Assembly: GCA_002315855.1 (NCBI GenBank)
Contig: DCIG01000049.1
Span: 63,576 to 127,575, forward strand
DNA from: Lentisphaeria bacterium UBA1732
GTDB lineage: Bacteria > Verrucomicrobiota > Lentisphaeria > Victivallales > UBA1829
DNA: 64,000 bases
Reading direction: 5' to 3'
Notes under the pieces: model-generated
Seen by the model: only the letters and a program-made list of their open reading frames with translations
What the model was told of the DNA's origin: nothing
Databases searched by the model: none
Made by a program: the position numbers and the translations under genes
Shown: one piece after another, positions 49,647 through 58,903 of the stretch
Layout: every line of letters starts with the position of its first letter
Position numbering within the stretch: the stretch's first letter is position 1

Positions 49647-50482
49647 AACGCTGCTCCGTTACAGGATTCTGCACCGGGGTCCGCCGTGCGCTTGCCCTGA
49701 CCGGTGAAACGCTTGCTCAATACGGCGCACCGCTCTTCATTCTCCACGATTTGGTGCACAATGAAAAAGTTGTGGCGGATCTTCTTGCCCGCGGGGTTCG
49801 CATTGTGGACACTCCCGACTCCGTTCCGCCGCATTCCGTCCTGATTTTCAGCGCACACGGCGTGTCGGAACAAGTGGAGTCTCACGCCCGCAGTCTTCCT
49901 CTGCGCATTATCGATGCCACATGCCCCCTTGTCTTGCGCGTCCACAAACTTGCAGCCTCCCTTTCTGCCGATGGCTGTACCGTCATTCTGTTCGGCAAAC
50001 GCGGTCATCGTGAAGTCGAGGGTATTCTGGGGCGCATCCCCGGCAAATTCATCCTGCTGACCTGCCCCGAAGATGCCGCCGCGTTCCGTCCCGTTCCCGG
50101 CGAACACTATGCCTGCATCAGCCAGACCACCTTCAATCAGCACGTCATTGAGGAAATGAAAAACATCCTTGTGGCGAAAATTCCGGACATGCTCTGCCGG
50201 GCCTCCGTCTGCCATGCTACCGAGAAACGCCAGAATGCCGTCCGTGAGCTTGCGAAACAGTGCGATTTGATGCTCATTGTCGGATCTTCCCGCAGTTCCA
50301 ATACGGTTCGCCTGAAAGAAGTCGCCGAAGAGGAAGGCATCCGGGCTGTCCTTGTCAATGCTGTGTCGGACATCACTCCCGGATTGCTTGCCGGTTCCTC
50401 ATGCGTGGGAGTGGCATCCGGGGCCAGTGCCCCCGATGAACTGGTCGACGAAATCTGCCGCGCCGTCCAATCCCTCCCCTGA
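49637..50482 (+). CDS. ispH: 4-hydroxy-3-methylbut-2-enyl diphosphate reductase.
   Basis: GFCTGVRRA, FSAHGVS, IDATCPLV, and VVGSSRSSNTVRL (here IVGSSRSSNTVRL). Confidence 0.9.
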   Translation: MEVKRCSVTGFCTGVRRALALTGETLAQYGAPLFILHDLVHNEKVVADLLARGVRIVDTPDSVPPHSVLIFSAHGVSEQVESHARSLPLRIIDATCPLVLRVHKLAASLSADGCTVILFGKRGHREVEGILGRIPGKFILLTCPEDAAAFRPVPGEHYACISQTTFNQHVIEEMKNILVAKIPDMLCRASVCHATEKRQNAVRELAKQCDLMLIVGSSRSSNTVRLKEVAEEEGIRAVLVNAVSDITPGLLAGSSCVGVASGASAPDELVDEICRAVQSLP

Positions 50483-50646
50483 TTCCTGCCCTCCTTTTCC
50501 CCTGTCCCGTCTGAATTCCGTTTTTTCCCTGTAAAAAGGATTTTTTTCCACCAATGGAAATATTCTAATCTTGAATTGCATAAATTCCATGCTATTGTAA
50601 TACAGTTTTGATAATCTCTTTGTCCATTTAGAAAGGAGCTCTCCCC

Positions 50647-53265
50647 ATGTCTCTTCTTTGCTTTTTTGGCATGATTATTCTCATTGTTTTGGCGTTTCGC
50701 ATATTGTCTGCTGTCAACAACCTTGTGGAAAATGAAAAAGAGCGTTTCAGACTGCTGGCAATAAGACTTGCTTCTTTGGAAAAGAAACTTTCTTCCGGGT
50801 CTCCGTCCGACACCTCTTCTGCCTCCACCAAAGAACCTGCACCCTCTGCAACCGCTCCTGCCTCTTCTGCCGCTCCTGCCTCCTCTGACGGCCCGGTCGA
50901 AACACCTCCCTGCACCGATTCCGCTTCTGTGCCTCCGTCTTCTCAAACATCCTCGTCTCCCCAGGTCTCACCCGTTCCGCCGGCTCCGGAGAAAAAAGTC
51001 GTGGTGCACTCTTTCATGATGCCTTCCGTCTTTTCCTCAAAAAAATCTGCACCTGCCTCTCAAGCTCCTCAAGACTATCAAGACTATCAAGACTATCAAG
51101 CTCCTCAAGACTATCAAGACTATCAAGACTATCAAGCTCCCCAAGACTATTTTACCGACGATTTCAACAACAAACTTCGTGCCCGTACCGAATCCATCGA
51201 GGAACGCACCAGGCAGGTTCTCTCGAAAATCTGGCAGTGGTTCATTGTCGGCGAAGAATACCGCGATGGCATGGTCTCGAAGGAATACGCCGTTGCCACC
51301 ACATGGCTGTTGCGTTCTGCGTTTCTCATGATTGTCTTCGGCATCAGCTTTTTCATCAAGTACAGCCACGACAAAAAACTTTTCTCCCCCGAATTACGTC
51401 TTGCCTGTGCCTCTCTTTTTGCCATTGTCCTGATGGCGGCGGGGTGCAGACTTCTGCGCGGCAAATACCGTATGATTGGCGTAGCCCTCAGCGGATGCGG
51501 CTTTTCCGGACTGTATTTGTGCATTTTTGCCGGGGTTGGCATTTATCATCTGATGCCTCCCGTGATTGGACTTGTTTGCATGTTTGTTTTGACGATTGCA
51601 GGCGTTCTTCTTGCGTTGCGTCATGATACTTTGCTGCTTGCTGTGTTTGCCCTGCTGGGCGGCTATCTTGCTCCGGTCCTCATGAATACCGGCAGCCGCG
51701 ATTTAGTCGGATTTTTCAGTTACTTGCTGATTCTCACGGCTGGGTCTCTTTTCATCGCACGGTATCGCACATGGACTCTTCTGAATATCCTCTCGTTCCT
51801 GGCATCGTGGATTCTTTTCTTCTCTGCCGAACCGTTCCGCGAAATCTCCGTCGGCGATTCCGCTTCATTCCATTATCTTGTCGGATTGCTGTTCGGCTTC
51901 GCGTTCTTCCTGGCTTTCTCCATTCAGACTGTCCTCTTCAATCTCTTCACATCCCGCAAAATCACCATCTTTGAGATTATTCTGACCGCCCTGAACGGTA
52001 TTTTCTTCATCGTTTCCGTCTTGCCGCCCACCATCGCTCTTTATGGAAAATCCTGTTCATCCATTTTGACCGTGGTCATTGCATTGTATTATCTTGCGCA
52101 ACTTGCACTCCTGCAGAGGAGCGGCATGAAAGACAAAGTGCTGATGATGACTCTCCTTGTCTTCTCCTGCGGCTTGATTGGTCTCACCCTGCCTCTTCTG
52201 CTGAATCGCAATTACTGGTCTGCCGCGTGGGCCATTCAGGCGGTTTCCATGCTGTACATAGCCTGTCGGGCGCAGTCTCGCGGGCTTGCCTCATTGAGTT
52301 ACATGGTCTTCTGCGTTGCCGGATTCCGCCTGCTGGCGTTTGACTTGTCATCCGGCTATTTCTCTGGCGGCATGGGATTTGCCGACCGCATCACCAACTT
52401 CGGCAGTTACACACTTGCCCTGATTGGCGGTTATTTCACGCTGAAACACTTCCCTCTCCCCGCCCCGCAATCCTCCGCCTCCGGAACACAGTCCGACGCC
52501 TCCTCTCCAACCGTCTCCATGAAAGTCCTTTTCTGGGGTGGTTTCCTCGTCAGTTTTATCATCTTCTACGGCGAATTCAGCCACTTGTCCTCCGTCCCGT
52601 TCCGCTTCTTCTTCCTTACGCTCACCACAACCGTCTATCTTGTACTTCTTCCCCCGCTTCTTGCGCTGTTCCATGGTACTTGCAAACTTGGCAGCGGCAT
52701 CATCTTCGGCATAGCTTTCATCCTTTTCTGGATTTGCACGCTTGGTCAGTTTGAAGTTCGTTTCTTCGAACACTGTATGCCGTCCCCCTCTTTCGTCCTC
52801 CTGCGTATCGCCGAATACATGCTTTTGACTGTCATTCTGCTTTTTGCCGGACGCTTCAGTCTTTTCCGCCCCCCCCCGAATCGCCGCATCGAAAAACTCT
52901 TCCTCGTCAGCGGCCTGACCTTCTGGTTCCTGTACAGCTCGGTGGAACTCCACATGCTTTCCCTCGAATACGGCTGGCAGGCGGGCGGCAGAATCGCAGT
53001 GTCTGCCCTCTGGGGAGTTTACGCGTTCCTTCTGCTGCTGTTTGGCATCTGGAAAACCCGGAAGGAACCGCGTCATATCGCATTGATTCTATTCGCGGTT
53101 ATGGTTGTCAAAATCTTCCTGATTGATTTGGCGCACGCCCCGGCTCTCTTCCGGATTGGCGGCTGCCTCATAGTCGGCGTGATTTTGGTCGCCGCTGCCT
53201 GGATTTACATGAAATCCTCCCGTCCATCCCCCGGCAAATCTGATTCCTCTGTTCATAAGGAATGA
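50647..53265 (+). CDS. DUF2339-type polytopic membrane protein with a low-complexity, repeat-bearing N-terminal region.
   Basis: 872 aa with an N-terminal TM plus coiled segment, a P/S/A-rich linker with a QDY repeat, then about 20 predicted TM helices. The SD gaaaggag lies upstream. Confidence 0.65.
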   Translation: MSLLCFFGMIILIVLAFRILSAVNNLVENEKERFRLLAIRLASLEKKLSSGSPSDTSSASTKEPAPSATAPASSAAPASSDGPVETPPCTDSASVPPSSQTSSSPQVSPVPPAPEKKVVVHSFMMPSVFSSKKSAPASQAPQDYQDYQDYQAPQDYQDYQDYQAPQDYFTDDFNNKLRARTESIEERTRQVLSKIWQWFIVGEEYRDGMVSKEYAVATTWLLRSAFLMIVFGISFFIKYSHDKKLFSPELRLACASLFAIVLMAAGCRLLRGKYRMIGVALSGCGFSGLYLCIFAGVGIYHLMPPVIGLVCMFVLTIAGVLLALRHDTLLLAVFALLGGYLAPVLMNTGSRDLVGFFSYLLILTAGSLFIARYRTWTLLNILSFLASWILFFSAEPFREISVGDSASFHYLVGLLFGFAFFLAFSIQTVLFNLFTSRKITIFEIILTALNGIFFIVSVLPPTIALYGKSCSSILTVVIALYYLAQLALLQRSGMKDKVLMMTLLVFSCGLIGLTLPLLLNRNYWSAAWAIQAVSMLYIACRAQSRGLASLSYMVFCVAGFRLLAFDLSSGYFSGGMGFADRITNFGSYTLALIGGYFTLKHFPLPAPQSSASGTQSDASSPTVSMKVLFWGGFLVSFIIFYGEFSHLSSVPFRFFFLTLTTTVYLVLLPPLLALFHGTCKLGSGIIFGIAFILFWICTLGQFEVRFFEHCMPSPSFVLLRIAEYMLLTVILLFAGRFSLFRPPPNRRIEKLFLVSGLTFWFLYSSVELHMLSLEYGWQAGGRIAVSALWGVYAFLLLLFGIWKTRKEPRHIALILFAVMVVKIFLIDLAHAPALFRIGGCLIVGVILVAAAWIYMKSSRPSPGKSDSSVHKE
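51061..51150. repeat. In-frame tandem repeat: a 9-bp QDY unit nested in a 36-bp higher-order unit.
   Basis: caagctcctcaagactatcaagactatcaagactat occurs twice plus a partial copy. It encodes QAPQDYQDYQDY QAPQDYQDYQDY QAPQDY. Confidence 0.85.
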
Positions 53266-54641
53266 TTCTCATGCTTCACATTCATACCCGCCTTGCCAAA
53301 TTCCTGCTTTTCTCTCTGGTCTTCGCCGTTTCCGCCTGTTCGCGCCTCCATGCTGCGGAAATCGCTGATTTTCAGATGATGAAGCCCCTCGAAATCACCG
53401 ATCCCGATGCTGAAATCGGGGTCTTTCTCCCCGACCATGAACTCTACTCCGGCACATTGAATCTTCGCCGCGATATGCGTCTGTTCAGTGCGGACGGCGC
53501 GGAACAGCCGTTCAACGTGTTCACACGCCGCGAACTCACCGCCGAAAATCCCGTCTGCACCATGGTCCCTGCGGAAATCCTTCTCTTTTCGGAAAAAGAT
53601 GACGGTTCGGTTCACATTCGCTGCCGAATCTCAAGCGATAACCCTGTCAGCCGCATGGAGATCGTTACCCGCGCCGTCAATTTCAATAAGCAGATCAAAG
53701 TTTTCACGGCGGAAGACTCCTCCTCGCCCGTCGCCGAAGGCTCTTTTTTCGACTTCTCCAGCCGCATTGATTTCCGCAATACATCGTTCTCCATCGAAAA
53801 GCAGTCCCCGTCTCGCACCTACGATATTTTCATTGAGAACTTTGCCGAAACCAAAGAATCACCCGTTGCGAAACTGATTTCCGGCGACTCCGCCTTGAAA
53901 GAGCAGTTTGTCATCACCGAAAAACCCAAAATCGATGACATCTGTTTCAGTCAGAGTGAACAGCATTTTGTCGCGAAAGATGTCTCGAAGCCCATCCCGT
54001 GCGAAATCCTTTCCAGCGGCTATCAGGTCAAGGACGGAACTACTGTCGTAACGTTCACCACCCGCGGTCTTCCCCTGACCGGCATCGCCGTTCATTGCTC
54101 CGATTCGCTTTACGTCCGCCGATTCACTCTCACTCCTTGCGGTGGCAATGATGATTTTCAGGTCGCTCCGGCGGCTTCCGGCAAAATCGTTTTCTCCGAT
54201 CTTTCCTCCTATTCCGTCGACGAAACCGTCATCAACTTCGCACCCGTTGCCGCACATTCGTGGAAACTTGTCATTTACAATGATAATCTTGCCCCTCTCC
54301 ACGATCTCAAAATCACCTGTTCCGGACCTGAGGAATGCGTTTCCTTTCTGCAAAAAGGCGTCGCTCTCCCCCTCACCTGCTATTATGCGCCGAATGCTCC
54401 CCTGCCTTTCCCCGACTATCCTCAATCCGCATTCCTCGTCCCCCGCGACAACAGCTCCGCCCCTCACATTACGGCCGAACTCCTCCCCGAAACCGGCAAT
54501 CCCGCTTATAAACAGTTCGTCTGGCACGGACACTCATCCATTGGCAAAATCGCATTCTTTGTTTTCATGGGCTTGGTGATGGTTGCCGCACTGATTTTCA
54601 TCTTCCGCAGTATCGGCAGAATCGAAAAGATTGACGACTGA
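53262..54641 (+). CDS. Secreted, C-terminally anchored hypothetical protein (DUF3999-like by size, topology and adjacency to DUF2339).
   Basis: 459 aa with a signal peptide (FLLFSLVFAVSACSRLHA) and a single C-terminal TM (IAFFVFMGLVMVAALIFIF). ATGA overlap with the upstream gene. The family assignment is from memory of the DUF2339/DUF3999 neighbourhood and is not verified. Confidence 0.4.
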   Translation: MILMLHIHTRLAKFLLFSLVFAVSACSRLHAAEIADFQMMKPLEITDPDAEIGVFLPDHELYSGTLNLRRDMRLFSADGAEQPFNVFTRRELTAENPVCTMVPAEILLFSEKDDGSVHIRCRISSDNPVSRMEIVTRAVNFNKQIKVFTAEDSSSPVAEGSFFDFSSRIDFRNTSFSIEKQSPSRTYDIFIENFAETKESPVAKLISGDSALKEQFVITEKPKIDDICFSQSEQHFVAKDVSKPIPCEILSSGYQVKDGTTVVTFTTRGLPLTGIAVHCSDSLYVRRFTLTPCGGNDDFQVAPAASGKIVFSDLSSYSVDETVINFAPVAAHSWKLVIYNDNLAPLHDLKITCSGPEECVSFLQKGVALPLTCYYAPNAPLPFPDYPQSAFLVPRDNSSAPHITAELLPETGNPAYKQFVWHGHSSIGKIAFFVFMGLVMVAALIFIFRSIGRIEKIDD

Positions 54642-54679
54642 CCGCCTCTCGTTTCTCTTCCCTCCTCAAATTGCAAAAA

Positions 54680-54710
54680 ACGGTACACAGGCTCAAGTCC
54701 CGTGTACCGT
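54680..54710. terminator. Hairpin flanked by an A-run and a T-rich run (bidirectional terminator candidate).
   Basis: aaaaaACGGTACACaggctcaagtcccGTGTACCGTctctttcc. On the minus strand it is followed directly by TTTTTT. Confidence 0.55.
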
Positions 54711-54744
54711 CTCTTTCCCCCTTTCCTTTTTTCACCTCAAAACC

Positions 54745-54846
54745 GGCGCTTCTGCGGAAAACTGCAAGTGCGCCTTAACCTTTTCCCCCTCGCCTCACAG
54801 GACGCTTCTGCTGAAAACGGCAGACGCGTCTCAACCTTTTTTCCCC
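54745..54846 (+). terminator. Two tandem paralogous terminator-like hairpins.
   Basis: 54745-54774 reads ggcgcttctgcggaaaactgcaagtgcgcc + ttaacctttt. 54801-54830 reads gacgcttctgctgaaaacggcagacgcgtc + tcaacctttttt. The G-C to A-T change at the stem base is compensatory. Confidence 0.55.
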
Positions 54847-54893
54847 TTGATTTGATTTCAAAAAGTCATTGACGGATTGATTTGGAATCCGTC
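54847..54893. repeat. Degenerate copy of the GATTTCAAA repeat family.
   Basis: ttgatttGATTTCAAAaagtcattGACGGATTgatttggAATCCGTC. Confidence 0.5.
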
Positions 54894-54904
54894 CCATCTT
54901 GTTT

Positions 54905-55939
54905 TTACGGCAGTCTCAGACACACGGTCTGCTTGCAAATCACCCCTGCCAGAATCAGCCAGATTGCCGCCCGGCACAGATACGGGTACAGCTCGCGCCA
55001 GTTGATGACGATGGGCTGTTCCATGCTCGTTTTTTCCAGCTGATTGATTTCGTCCATTGCGGCGGCCATCCCGGCGGCGTCGGCGGCTTTGTAGTACCTT
55101 CCGCCCGTCATGGATGCCAAATCTCTCAGCAGCGGCTCATCGAACTGCCCCGGATAGGACACAAACGTTATCCCTCCGAAAAAATCCTCCTGCGGATAAC
55201 GGCTGTACTGCGACCCGATCCCCACGGTATACAACGTAATATCGAAAGTATCGGCAAGTTTCCCCGCATCCCGCGGCGTGATTTGACCGTTCACGGTATT
55301 GGCTCCATCGGTGAAGAGTACCACGATTCTGCTTTTTGCGTCGGAATCTTTCAGTCTCTGCACTGCGCTTGCGATTGGCGAAGCGATTCCCGTTCCGTCC
55401 CCGATCATGCCCGGCTCCAGCCGTGCCAGATTCGACAGCAGAAAACCGTGATCCAGTGTCGGCGGACAGACCACGTAGGGCAGTTCCGCGAATGCCACCA
55501 GACCGATTCGGTCATTGGGGCGTTCTTCGATGAATCGCGCGATTTCCGCCTTGGACGTTTCCAGTCGGTTCGCCAGCTGATTTTTCCGCAGTAACGCCGC
55601 AATTTGACTGTTGGTCGCGTTTTCGGGCGCGTCGATGGCGTTCATACTCCCGGACAGGTCTACGGCTATCATGATGTCGATGCCTTCGGCCTTCGCGTGT
55701 ATCTCTTCCAGTCCTTCCCTCGGTCGGGCCAGTGCCGTGATGATGGCGCATCCTGCCGCCGCAAAACAGAAAAACGGAATTGCTTTCCGCCAGTTCCGGC
55801 CTCCCCCGTTCCCCGATGCCATGCGGAACGGACGCAGCCACGGCACCAGAATCGAGGGCGATTTCATGTACCAGCCCCACACCAGCACCCCGATATAAGG
55901 CACGAATAACAGCAGCAGCCATGGATATTCGAAGCTCAT
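54905..55939 (-). CDS. BatA-like VWA-domain membrane protein.
   Basis: The N-terminus FEYPWLLLLFVPYIGVLVW is BatA-type. The VWA MIDAS motif reads DIMIAVDLSGSM. There is a C-terminal TM. Confidence 0.8.
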   Translation of the reverse strand: MSFEYPWLLLLFVPYIGVLVWGWYMKSPSILVPWLRPFRMASGNGGGRNWRKAIPFFCFAAAGCAIITALARPREGLEEIHAKAEGIDIMIAVDLSGSMNAIDAPENATNSQIAALLRKNQLANRLETSKAEIARFIEERPNDRIGLVAFAELPYVVCPPTLDHGFLLSNLARLEPGMIGDGTGIASPIASAVQRLKDSDAKSRIVVLFTDGANTVNGQITPRDAGKLADTFDITLYTVGIGSQYSRYPQEDFFGGITFVSYPGQFDEPLLRDLASMTGGRYYKAADAAGMAAAMDEINQLEKTSMEQPIVINWRELYPYLCRAAIWLILAGVICKQTVCLRLP

Positions 55940-56958
55940 TTCCGTTCTCCTTTCTCCTCGTGTTCACTGCCATCGTGCGGAATGGTGGCGCGTACCAGTT
56001 CCTCCGCTCGCTCCGATGCGTTTTCAAACAGTGTCTGATCGGCGGGCAGCCGTGCGAACTTCACCATATCCGCCGCCGTCAGGAACGACCTCAGATGTTT
56101 CCGGTCCCGGTCGCTCAGCAGTTCTTCATTGCGTTCCAGATCGGCCATGAATTCCGGTGTCGTCTGGCGTTCCGCCTTAAGCTGGAAGCGTTCTTCCAGA
56201 TATTTTCGTTCCACGTCCGTGAGCTGTCCGATGGCGTTTTCGGTGGAGATGCTTCCCCCCTGAACCGACTTCCGCAGGGTGTCGATTGACTCCAGCGCAT
56301 GGTCCCACGGCATTTTCCGTTTGGCGGTTTCCTTCTTGTTCCGGACTCTCCTGAACACCATGTAGCCGACTGCTCCCAGCACGATGATTGACGCCGTGAT
56401 GATGACGATGCTCCATATCGTTTTCCCGGCTTCCGGCTTGTCGATATGCGGTGCCAGCGACAAATCATCGCCGTTGTCGTTCTCATCGAAAACCAGTTCT
56501 CCGATTTTGATGTCCGGCAAATTCGTTTCGATGGCTTCTCCGCGGGCGAATTGAGCATTCACCTTGCCTTTTCCGCCCTCTCCGTTGCGGTATCCCTGAA
56601 GCGGCACGGTGATTTTCCAGTCATTGTAGCCCCAACGGATTTTTTCCCGCGAAAAATACGGATCTTCGGTCAGCTGCAGATTTTCTCCGGCTCCGGCGGA
56701 AATGATTTGCGGCGAATCATGCCACGGCACGCGCACAGTCAGTTCGGCGTGAAATACTTCCCCGATTGCTGGCGTTTCGCTTCCGTTCTCCGTAACGTAA
56801 TGCGCCTGTTCGATGACTTCCGGCTTCGATTCCGTTTTCGATACCTGTTTGTATCGGATCAGCACGCATGTCCCGCCCAGTATCATCCCTGCCGCCGCAA
56901 TGACCAGTGCCAGCTCGATGACTTTCCACAGTTTGGTTTCAAAAAAAGTGCGTTTCAT
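55936..56958 (-). CDS. Membrane protein with a DUF4381-like C-terminal half and a BatD-like N-terminal half.
   Basis: Two TM segments. The C-terminal ...TTPEFMADLERNEELLSDRDRKHLRSFLTAADMVKFARLPAD carries the DUF4381-type AD.VKFA signature. There is a 4-nt overlap with the VWA gene. Confidence 0.5.
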   Translation of the reverse strand: MKRTFFETKLWKVIELALVIAAAGMILGGTCVLIRYKQVSKTESKPEVIEQAHYVTENGSETPAIGEVFHAELTVRVPWHDSPQIISAGAGENLQLTEDPYFSREKIRWGYNDWKITVPLQGYRNGEGGKGKVNAQFARGEAIETNLPDIKIGELVFDENDNGDDLSLAPHIDKPEAGKTIWSIVIITASIIVLGAVGYMVFRRVRNKKETAKRKMPWDHALESIDTLRKSVQGGSISTENAIGQLTDVERKYLEERFQLKAERQTTPEFMADLERNEELLSDRDRKHLRSFLTAADMVKFARLPADQTLFENASERAEELVRATIPHDGSEHEEKGERK

Positions 56959-56965
56959 TTCTTTT

Positions 56966-57850
56966 TCACGCTCTTCCTTTCCGCTGTCCCCGCCTCTGGA
57001 AGAATCCCATCAGCGGCTTCACGATGTCGCCCGAACACGGCAGTTCAATCGGGTCTACTTTCGCGTGGCGGAATGTTTCATTGAGAAATTGTGTGAATGC
57101 CGTTTGTGCGGCGGCGTACCGCGACTTTGCCTCTTTCGTGCCGGGGAATGCGAATCCCGCCCCGGTTTCGGTGTCTTCCAGTTCCAGCGCGGCGCAGACC
57201 GGCAGTTCGGTTTCCATTTGGTCGGTGATTCGGATTGCCGCCAGATCGTGCTTTCGGTTCAGCAGCTGCAGTTGCTTGCTGAAGTCTTTATCGTCCATGA
57301 AATCGCTGATGAGGAATATCACCGCGCGTTTTTTCAGGGTGTGCGACAAAGTTTCCACCGCGTTGGCAATATCGGTCCCCCGTCCTTTGGGGGCCGTCGC
57401 CACCAGATCGCGGATGAGGCGCATCACATGTGCCCGTCCCGAACGCGGCGGCAGATAATGCTCCACCCGGTCGGAGAAAAGCAGAAGCCCCACTTTGTCG
57501 TTGTTGCGGATGGCGCTGAATGCCAGCAGTGCCGCCGTCTCCGCCATTTTGGTGCGCTTGTCCTCTTCAGCTGTCCCGAACATCGTGGATGCGGATATGT
57601 CCACGGCCACAATCACGGTCAGTTCGCGTTCCTCTGCGTATTTCTTGATGTAGGGCGTACCCATCCGCGCGGTAACGTTCCAGTCAATATCGCGCACGTC
57701 GTCGCCCTCTGCGTAGGCGCGCACCTCGCTGAATTCAATCCCGCGTCCCTTGTACACGCTGTGATACGCGCCGCCCGTCAGTTCTTCCACGGCTTTTCGC
57801 GTTTTGATTTCAATCTTGCGGACTTTCGCAAGAAGTTCTCTGGTAAGCAT
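56966..57850 (-). CDS. DUF58-domain protein (MoxR-associated).
   Basis: GAYHSVYKGRGIEFSEVRAYAEGDDVRDIDWNVTAR is the classic DUF58 block. A VWA-like region follows (VIVAVDISASTMFG). Confidence 0.85.
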   Translation of the reverse strand: MLTRELLAKVRKIEIKTRKAVEELTGGAYHSVYKGRGIEFSEVRAYAEGDDVRDIDWNVTARMGTPYIKKYAEERELTVIVAVDISASTMFGTAEEDKRTKMAETAALLAFSAIRNNDKVGLLLFSDRVEHYLPPRSGRAHVMRLIRDLVATAPKGRGTDIANAVETLSHTLKKRAVIFLISDFMDDKDFSKQLQLLNRKHDLAAIRITDQMETELPVCAALELEDTETGAGFAFPGTKEAKSRYAAAQTAFTQFLNETFRHAKVDPIELPCSGDIVKPLMGFFQRRGQRKGRA

Positions 57851-57880
57851 GGTCGCTTCTCCGGTTGCTTCCGGGCTCCT

Positions 57881-58903
57881 TTAGGGTGTTCGCAGCTGGT
57901 CGAGGATATGAGCGATTACGCTGTCTGCGCTCATGCCTTCCGCCTCGGCCTCGTAGCTCAGCACCAGTCTGTGGCGCAGGACGTCCGGCGCGAGACTCTT
58001 CACGTCCTGCGGGATTACGTAGGCGCGTCCTTCCAGGAATGCCTGTCCCTTGGCGGCGATTGCCAGCGCGATTCCCGCGCGGGGCGATGCTCCGAACTGA
58101 ATCAGTTCGCTCAAATCATCCAGCTTCACTCCGTTCTGACGCGACGACATATCCAGTCCGTGTTTCGGGCGTGTCGCAATCACGATATCCAGAATGTATT
58201 CCAGTATCTTTTCATCCATATAGACTTTGTCGACCCATTCGCGCGCTCCCGTAATATCGGCGAGTTTTGCCACGCTGTAGGCTTTCAGGTTCAGTCCCGT
58301 ATGCGCCATGCGTTCGATTACGGTGCGCTCCGCCTCGCGGCTCGGATAATCCACTTTCAGCTTGAACATGAATCGGTCCACCTGAGCTTCCGGCAGCGGA
58401 TATGTCCCTTCCTGTTCGATTGGGTTCTGCGTGGCCAGCACCAGGAACGGCTCCGGCATCTTGTGGGTTTCTCCGGCGATGGTTACCTGATGTTCCTGCA
58501 TACATTCCAGCAGTGCGCTCTGCACTTTGGACGGCGCACGGTTGATTTCATCCGCCAGTACCAGGTTGGCGAAAACCGGCCCCTCTTTCACCGAGAAAGT
58601 ATGGTCGTTCTGATTGTAAATCGAAGTCCCGATGACATCCGACGGCAGCAGGTCCGGCGTGAATTGAATGCGCGAAAATGTCCCGTCCAGTGCCTGCGCC
58701 ACGGTCTTGATCAGCAGTGTTTTGGCCAGTCCCGGCACGCCTTCCAGCAGCAGATGTCCGTTGGAAATGAGTGCCAGCAGAACCCGGTCGATCAGGGCTT
58801 CCTGACCTGCCATGATGCGCCCGATTTCCGTCCGCAGTGGACGGATGAATGCCGATGCTTCCGATATTTTGTATTGGAGTTCCTGAATTTCTTCTTGTCT
58901 CAT
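57881..58903 (-). CDS. MoxR-family AAA+ ATPase.
   Basis: GHLLLEGVPGLAKT (Walker A), LVLADEINRAPSKVQSALLE, and FLVLATQNPIEQEGTYPLPEAQVDRF. I prefer the ATG at 58903 (MRQEEIQEL...). Confidence 0.9.
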   Translation of the reverse strand: MRQEEIQELQYKISEASAFIRPLRTEIGRIMAGQEALIDRVLLALISNGHLLLEGVPGLAKTLLIKTVAQALDGTFSRIQFTPDLLPSDVIGTSIYNQNDHTFSVKEGPVFANLVLADEINRAPSKVQSALLECMQEHQVTIAGETHKMPEPFLVLATQNPIEQEGTYPLPEAQVDRFMFKLKVDYPSREAERTVIERMAHTGLNLKAYSVAKLADITGAREWVDKVYMDEKILEYILDIVIATRPKHGLDMSSRQNGVKLDDLSELIQFGASPRAGIALAIAAKGQAFLEGRAYVIPQDVKSLAPDVLRHRLVLSYEAEAEGMSADSVIAHILDQLRTP

